A DNA stretch of 20,000 nucleotides from an uncultured virus (IMG/VR IMGVR_UViG_3300046537_000053) (taxonomy: Duplodnaviria; Heunggongvirae; Uroviricota; Caudoviricetes; Schitoviridae), in the IMG/VR virus record IMGVR_UViG_3300046537_000053. One strand, 5' to 3'. A program made the position numbers and the translations under genes. The notes beneath the pieces are model-generated. The model was given only the letters and a program-made list of their open reading frames with translations. It was not told the DNA's origin and ran no database searches. Positions 15,145 to 20,000 of the stretch are shown piece after piece; position 1 is the first letter of the stretch, and each line of letters starts with the position of its first letter.

Positions 15145-15499
15145 TTGGCCAATGTCCCCGCGTAAGCTGGGCACATCCTGGGTCGAGTTGCTCCGCCAGC
15201 ATCTCGAGGATCACCACGCTAAGACAATCCACCAGATCATCTACGATGCCGACTTTGCCGACATCGAAAGCCGGGTTCTCGGCGTCGATCTGGCCAAGGG
15301 CGACGACCATAGTGTCGTCGTCACAGGCCGGAGGAATGACGGCTTCATCATCATCGATGAAGTCAGGCCACTCCTCAAAGAAGAGCTCGAGCTATTGCTC
15401 AAGGAATTCGGAGCCAAAAAACCCAAGCCAATGACGCCCAATCGGCAACCTGACTGGGCACGTCATAACCAGGCACCCCGCTCCTTTAGGAGACGCTAA
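15134..15499 (+). CDS. Hypothetical protein
   Basis: 3' part of ORF 14972..15499; start is GTG 15134 or ATG 15152; stop overlaps the next ATG (TAATG). Confidence 0.55.
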   Translation: MTDDWPMSPRKLGTSWVELLRQHLEDHHAKTIHQIIYDADFADIESRVLGVDLAKGDDHSVVVTGRRNDGFIIIDEVRPLLKEELELLLKEFGAKKPKPMTPNRQPDWARHNQAPRSFRRR

Positions 15500-15684
15500 T
15501 GACAGGCAATCTCTACCAACTCAGGACCCGGGCTCGCCCTGGCGAGCACGTCATCATCGATGGTCCTCACGACCGCTACGGCCAAGTGATCAAGGACCAG
15601 CCTTCGGGCTACTCGCTAATCCGGGGGCTGGGCATGATCCAGCCACCCGGCAAGCGGATCTTCCTCACCACGGAGAAGGACTGA
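15499..15684 (+). CDS. Hypothetical protein (small SH3/KOW-like)
   Basis: AGGAG SD; translationally coupled on both sides. Confidence 0.6.
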   Translation: MTGNLYQLRTRARPGEHVIIDGPHDRYGQVIKDQPSGYSLIRGLGMIQPPGKRIFLTTEKD

Positions 15685-16091
15685 TGCCCATCAAGCCTGA
15701 ACTCGTCAATGTGCCCATGGCATTCGTCTTCGGATCCAACGAAAGCGGATACCATGGCGCCGGCGCTGCCAAGTTCGCTCTCCAACACAAAGGAGCGATC
15801 TACGGCCTCGGCCAGGGACCAGCTGGTGACAGCTATGCCCTGCCGACCATGGACTGGAAGATCCGGCCGTTACCGGTCTCGGTCATCCAGCACTACGTCG
15901 AACGCTTCATCGTGTTCGCCCGCTACAACCCCAACGTGCTGTTCCAGGTCACGGCCGTAGGCTGTGGACTGGGCGGCAAGAACCATAAGGATATCGCACC
16001 ACTCTTCAAATATGCACCTGAAAACTGCTTATTTGACGAATTGTGGCAAGAGTTCCTGCCCAAGAAGCAGTTCTGGGGCACTGTCCCCTAA
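15684..16091 (+). CDS. Macrodomain-like phage protein (FVFGSN family)
   Basis: FVFGSNESGYHGAGAAKFA...SYALPT...FQVTAVGCGLGG has both Gly-rich loops of macro/DarG-like folds (N..G.HG.G and GCGLGG). Confidence 0.65.
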   Translation: MPIKPELVNVPMAFVFGSNESGYHGAGAAKFALQHKGAIYGLGQGPAGDSYALPTMDWKIRPLPVSVIQHYVERFIVFARYNPNVLFQVTAVGCGLGGKNHKDIAPLFKYAPENCLFDELWQEFLPKKQFWGTVP

Positions 16092-16121
16092 CAATCCTCA
16101 ACTCAATCTAAGGAAACTGCC

Positions 16122-16394
16122 ATGAACCTGCAGCAATCCAATCAGACTGATGAAATCCACCTGGTCACGCCTTCGGGCGTGATCTCCCTCATCACCAACG
16201 ACATGGACCTGGCGATCGCCCGCTGGGAAAAGATGGGCCAGCCCCGCGGCTGGAAGATCCTTCAGATCGTTACCCATCGCTACGACGTCACCCCGGCTCG
16301 CATGAGCCGACTCACCAAGTCGACCGCTGCACTCAAGCTCGCTCGCGAGCAGGGCATCCCGACGATCGACATTCCTCTGGCTCAGGCCAGCTGA
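16122..16394 (+). CDS. Hypothetical protein
   Basis: TAAGGA SD; 90 aa. Confidence 0.6.
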   Translation: MNLQQSNQTDEIHLVTPSGVISLITNDMDLAIARWEKMGQPRGWKILQIVTHRYDVTPARMSRLTKSTAALKLAREQGIPTIDIPLAQAS

Positions 16395-16395
16395 C

Positions 16396-16605
16396 ATGTC
16401 TCCAGCCAAGCGGGCCCAGATCCGCACCAGCATCGAAATCGTCTTCGATGACGATGCTCCAGGCTGGCTCAGCCATTTGCAACTCACCAGGGACGGCGAC
16501 CAGATCAAGATCTCGGTCGTCAAAAACAACGGGTTCACCTACGATATGGACCCGTTGTGCCTGGCTGAGTTCAACAAGCTGATCGACACTCTCCTCGATC
16601 CCTAA
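16396..16605 (+). CDS. Hypothetical protein
   Basis: Tightly packed between its neighbours; 69 aa. Confidence 0.55.
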   Translation: MSPAKRAQIRTSIEIVFDDDAPGWLSHLQLTRDGDQIKISVVKNNGFTYDMDPLCLAEFNKLIDTLLDP

Positions 16606-16616
16606 GGACAGCTCCC

Positions 16617-17507
16617 ATGCAACAGCGTGTCACCGTGGCGCCGGCACCCCCGGCGACCATCGATCATTTCGTCGATGGCTCGAATTATGTGAAGAAGCAG
16701 CATCAGCGTGAGCTCGAGCTGCTCTATTCGAAGAACCAGACGCTATCGCGGATCCGCAAGGAATTCACCGATTGCCAACAGTTCAACTTTGAGGCCTATC
16801 TCGAGCATCACCAGATCCCGGTCGACTTCGGCCTGGACGTGATGGTCCAGATGGCCCTCCACAAGCGTACCACCTTCCCTACCCTGGCCGGGATCCTGCG
16901 TCGTCATTATGACGGCTACGCCAATCCCAGCCAGCTCACGGCCAACATGTTGGAGCACTGCGTCAAAGCCCGGATCGTGATCTGGGATCCAACAACGGAG
17001 CAGTTCATCGTGATGTTCAACATCACCGACGAAGTGCAACGGGACCTCGACCGGTACCAGTATCCGCTGCCGATGGTCGTGCCACCGCTTCGAGTGATGG
17101 ACAATCGGGACACCGGTTACTTCACCCATCGCTCGAGCATCCTTCTCCGCAAGAACCACCATGACGACGATGTCTGCCTCGATCACATCAACCGGGTCAA
17201 CCGGATCCCGTTCGTGATCAACTACGACACCGCCCACATGATCAGTGGTGCCTGGCGGAACCTAGACAGACCCAAGCCTGGGGAAACCCAGGCCGATTAC
17301 GACAAACGGGTGAAGGCATTCGAGAAATACGATGCTTCATCCAAAGACGTGATCGCCAAACTGCTTGCTTATGGCAACGAGTTCTACTTAACTCATCGCT
17401 ACGACAAGCGCGGGAGGGTGTATTGTCAGGGATATCACGTCAACTACCAGGGTGCGCCCTGGAACAAGGCCGTCATCGAGCTCGCCAACAAGGAGTTCGT
17501 TGAGTGA
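16617..17507 (+). CDS. N4-type RNA polymerase II subunit 1 (gp15-like, N-terminal half of T7-like RNAP)
   Basis: YQYPLPMVVPP, KNHHDDDVCLDHIN and the DxRGR motif in HRYDKRGRVYCQGYHVNYQG; TAAGGA SD. Confidence 0.9.
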   Translation: MQQRVTVAPAPPATIDHFVDGSNYVKKQHQRELELLYSKNQTLSRIRKEFTDCQQFNFEAYLEHHQIPVDFGLDVMVQMALHKRTTFPTLAGILRRHYDGYANPSQLTANMLEHCVKARIVIWDPTTEQFIVMFNITDEVQRDLDRYQYPLPMVVPPLRVMDNRDTGYFTHRSSILLRKNHHDDDVCLDHINRVNRIPFVINYDTAHMISGAWRNLDRPKPGETQADYDKRVKAFEKYDASSKDVIAKLLAYGNEFYLTHRYDKRGRVYCQGYHVNYQGAPWNKAVIELANKEFVE

Positions 17508-17770
17508 GCCACGAAGAGTGCGACTGTCCGAACTGCGTTCAGCAGGCGGATAATCCGTTGGCATGGGTCGTCTTCAACCCGACTGAACAGTCGGTGCGAG
17601 TGGCGATCCATGCCGTTCCCAACCACGACATCGGGGGCCATGCCCTCAACGACGAAGCCAACTGTGCCTGCAATCCGTGGATCGATGACGAGGCTGAAGG
17701 CCTGGTCATCGTCCATCGGTCCTATGACGGCCGAGAAGACTTCGAACGAAAACTGAGGAAACCATCCTAA
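17504..17770 (+). CDS. Cys/His-rich small protein (putative metal-binding)
   Basis: HEECDCPNC...H...CACNP...VHRSYDGRE; GTGA overlap with RNAP1. Confidence 0.65.
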   Translation: MSHEECDCPNCVQQADNPLAWVVFNPTEQSVRVAIHAVPNHDIGGHALNDEANCACNPWIDDEAEGLVIVHRSYDGREDFERKLRKPS

Positions 17771-17973
17771 TGGCCAGCGCATTCGATTACACCGTACAAA
17801 CCCCCGTCAACAACGGCGCCGAGATAGGCGTCACCCGATCAGGTGACTTGGTATTCCGACAGGAGTATCAGCCTGGCCTGAGCACCCGAGTCAATCTCGG
17901 CAAGGCCACTAAAACCAATATCGATCGGCTGCGTTATTGCCTCGATCGCCTTGAAGTCCATGCCGTCGAATAA
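17770..17973 (+). CDS. Hypothetical protein
   Basis: TAATG overlap; GAGGA SD. Confidence 0.6.
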   Translation: MASAFDYTVQTPVNNGAEIGVTRSGDLVFRQEYQPGLSTRVNLGKATKTNIDRLRYCLDRLEVHAVE

Positions 17974-18005
17974 TTCTTGGCCCGTCCACATTTCGGCGAC
18001 ATGGC

Positions 18006-18035
18006 AGGCCCCCATCGGTAACGGTGGGGGCCTTT
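18006..18035 (+). terminator. Hairpin/terminator between RNAP subunit genes
   Basis: AGGCCCCCATCG-GTAA-CGGTGGGGGCCT-TT. Confidence 0.6.
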
Positions 18036-18057
18036 CAACTCCCACGAGGAGACAGAA

Positions 18058-18282
18058 ATGTCGAACAATCTCAAGCTCATCCACCTGCTATTAGCGGTCA
18101 TTCGCGAATGGAAATGTCCTGCCTGTGGCGGCAAGGGCAGTTACCTGCAGCGCGGCTTTGCCGGCGAGCAGTTCCACAGCCACCACGTCCAGTGCAAGAA
18201 ATGCGAAGGCTCCGGCTATCATCCGATCGCCCGCGAAGCCATCCAGACTGCCATCAATCCACCTTACAACATCAAAATCTAG
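18058..18282 (+). CDS. Small zinc-ribbon protein (DnaJ-type CxxCxGxG repeats)
   Basis: CPACGGKG...CKKCEGSG; GAGGAG SD. Confidence 0.7.
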   Translation: MSNNLKLIHLLLAVIREWKCPACGGKGSYLQRGFAGEQFHSHHVQCKKCEGSGYHPIAREAIQTAINPPYNIKI

Positions 18283-18291
18283 GAGCCAGTC

Positions 18292-18594
18292 ATGGCCGAA
18301 TTCGAAGAAATCGTCGACGGTATCCGGCATGGCTGGCAGCCGATCGACACCTACGAAATGCCGAAAGACGACAGCGAATGGTACGGCAGTGCCGTACTGG
18401 TCGACAACGGCGAACGGGTCGGCGAAGCCCGTCCCGAACGGGATTACGGTCTATGGGACGGCGAAGAGGGGGATATCCCTCTGAGCTGGGCCTGGACCCA
18501 CCATTCAACCTGCAGCTGTTGCCACAGCTTCATGGATCCCCAACCGCTCTGGTGGCAGCCGCTACCAGCTCCCGCTCCGCGGAAAGAACCATGA
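18292..18594 (+). CDS. Hypothetical protein (WQPI...W.PLP phage family)
   Basis: AGGAG SD; GWQPIDT...PLWWQPLPAP. Confidence 0.65.
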   Translation: MAEFEEIVDGIRHGWQPIDTYEMPKDDSEWYGSAVLVDNGERVGEARPERDYGLWDGEEGDIPLSWAWTHHSTCSCCHSFMDPQPLWWQPLPAPAPRKEP

Positions 18595-18731
18595 AAATTC
18601 GCTGGTTCTATGGCTTCCTCGTCAAAGAGGAGGACAGCCTCCGCAAAGCGAGGGACCGCCTCATCGATCAACTTTCAAGGAACTCGCCATGCAAACCTTC
18701 ACCGGACGCGAATATCTCAAAATTGATATAG
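18591..18731 (+). CDS. Possible 46-aa protein
   Basis: ATGA overlap with the previous gene (MKIRWFYGFLVKEEDSLRK...); overlaps the RNAP2 start. Confidence 0.35.
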   Translation: MKIRWFYGFLVKEEDSLRKARDRLIDQLSRNSPCKPSPDANISKLI

Positions 18732-19891
18732 CCAACAACTTCGGGCTGGATAAGCTCGACTGGGACGACCGCATCGCCTGGTACGACCAGAACGAGAGCA
18801 ACCTGCCGACAATGGTCCAGCAGGCCAAGGAGCCGGCGCTATTCTATGCCGGCTGTAAGGCCATGGCCGACGTCCAGGCTGAGCGCCCGATCGGCTATAT
18901 GATCAGCCTCGACGCTACATCTAGCGGCATTCAGTTATTGGCTGCTCTGACCGGCGATCCCTACGCTGCAGCTCTCTGCAACGTGGTCGACACCGGCCAG
19001 CGTGAAGACGCCTACATCAGCATCTACCAGGCCATGCTGAACCAGGTGCAGGACAAGTCCAAGCTGACCCGGGAACAGACCAAGGACGCCATCATGACCG
19101 CCTTCTATTCATCGAAGGCAGTCCCCAAGCGTATGTTTGGGGAAGGCGCCCTGCTCGACCTGTTCTACGACACGCTGCGGACGATGGCTCCCGGCGCCTG
19201 GGAACTCAATGAGGCCATGCTGGCCTTCTGGAACCCCGACGCCTACGAGCATCATTGGATCCTGCCCGACAACTTCCATGTCCACATCAAGGTCATGGAT
19301 CAGGTCAAGGACCATGTGCTGTTCTTCGGCCAGCCGTTCGACGTTTACTATCACGTCAACCGGCCAGTCGAAGAAGGCCGATCGCTCGGCGCCAACACCA
19401 TCCATTCCATCGATGGCATGATCGTCCGGGAAATGACCCGGCGCTGCATGTACAATCCTGAAAAGGTCGATGGTCTCTACAAGCTGCTGGCCGAAGGGAA
19501 CTACGGCAATGCCGGAGACTCCCCGGCCGACGCCAAGGAGGTGACCAAGCTGTGGGATCATTATGTCCGGACCGGTTATCTATCGGCCCGGATCATCGAT
19601 CATCTCGATGAGAATACCCTCAGCCTGGTCAACGGCCACGACATTAAGCAGCTGCTCGACAGTCTGCCGTTCAAGCCGTTCGAGATCATCACCATCCACG
19701 ACTGCTTCCGGGTCCTGCCGCATTATGGCAACGACCTCCGGGAGCAATACAACCTGCAGCTCCAGCTGCTGGCCAAGTCGAACTTGCTGCAGGATATCAT
19801 CTCGCAGCTGATCGGCCGGCCGATTACCCTCAACAAGCTGGATCCCCAGCTGTGGAAGAGGATCGGGCAAACCAACTACGCCCTGTCCTAA
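18689..19891 (+). CDS. N4-type RNA polymerase II subunit 2 (gp16-like, catalytic half)
   Basis: YLKIDIANNFGLDK; motif A SLDATSSGIQ; motif B REQTKDAIMTAFY; ANTIHSIDG; motif C IHDCF. Confidence 0.92.
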   Translation: MQTFTGREYLKIDIANNFGLDKLDWDDRIAWYDQNESNLPTMVQQAKEPALFYAGCKAMADVQAERPIGYMISLDATSSGIQLLAALTGDPYAAALCNVVDTGQREDAYISIYQAMLNQVQDKSKLTREQTKDAIMTAFYSSKAVPKRMFGEGALLDLFYDTLRTMAPGAWELNEAMLAFWNPDAYEHHWILPDNFHVHIKVMDQVKDHVLFFGQPFDVYYHVNRPVEEGRSLGANTIHSIDGMIVREMTRRCMYNPEKVDGLYKLLAEGNYGNAGDSPADAKEVTKLWDHYVRTGYLSARIIDHLDENTLSLVNGHDIKQLLDSLPFKPFEIITIHDCFRVLPHYGNDLREQYNLQLQLLAKSNLLQDIISQLIGRPITLNKLDPQLWKRIGQTNYALS

Positions 19892-19909
19892 AATTACCAA
19901 CTCTGATAC

Positions 19910-20000
<91 letters not shown>

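Noticed and set aside
14972..15499. DNA polymerase A or terminase pseudogene
   Set aside because: Only isolated short motifs are present, with no extended similarity visible; kept only as a speculative finding.

Overview
This window is part of an N4-like (Schitoviridae-type) podophage genome of about 60% GC. It spans the junction where the late minus-strand module meets the early/middle plus-strand module, so it probably crosses the physical genome ends in a circularly permuted assembly. The minus strand (1-7787) carries a truncated HTH + calcineurin-like metallophosphoesterase missing from the ORF track, a Gly-rich tail-associated protein, a tail fibre, an N4 gp67-like virion protein, the terminase large subunit and a gp69-like protein. 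Next to these is a tandem pair of likely immune-signal sponges (DUF2829/Tad2-like and Gp49_66/Acb4-like). Bases 7790-8660 are non-coding and hold two terminator-ended, highly structured candidate ncRNAs. The plus strand (8660-19891) has four copies of a hairpin promoter for the virion RNA polymerase (GCGC-TAC-GCGC) and gp1-like and gp2-like genes. It also has many small early ORFs, including three membrane peptides, a three-member paralog family, and NADAR-like, SLOG/DprA-like and macrodomain-like genes. The two subunits of the N4-type RNA polymerase II are separated by an inserted cassette. The window ends in a terminator running into a probably artefactual poly-T. All family calls come from motif recognition by eye; no database searches were run.
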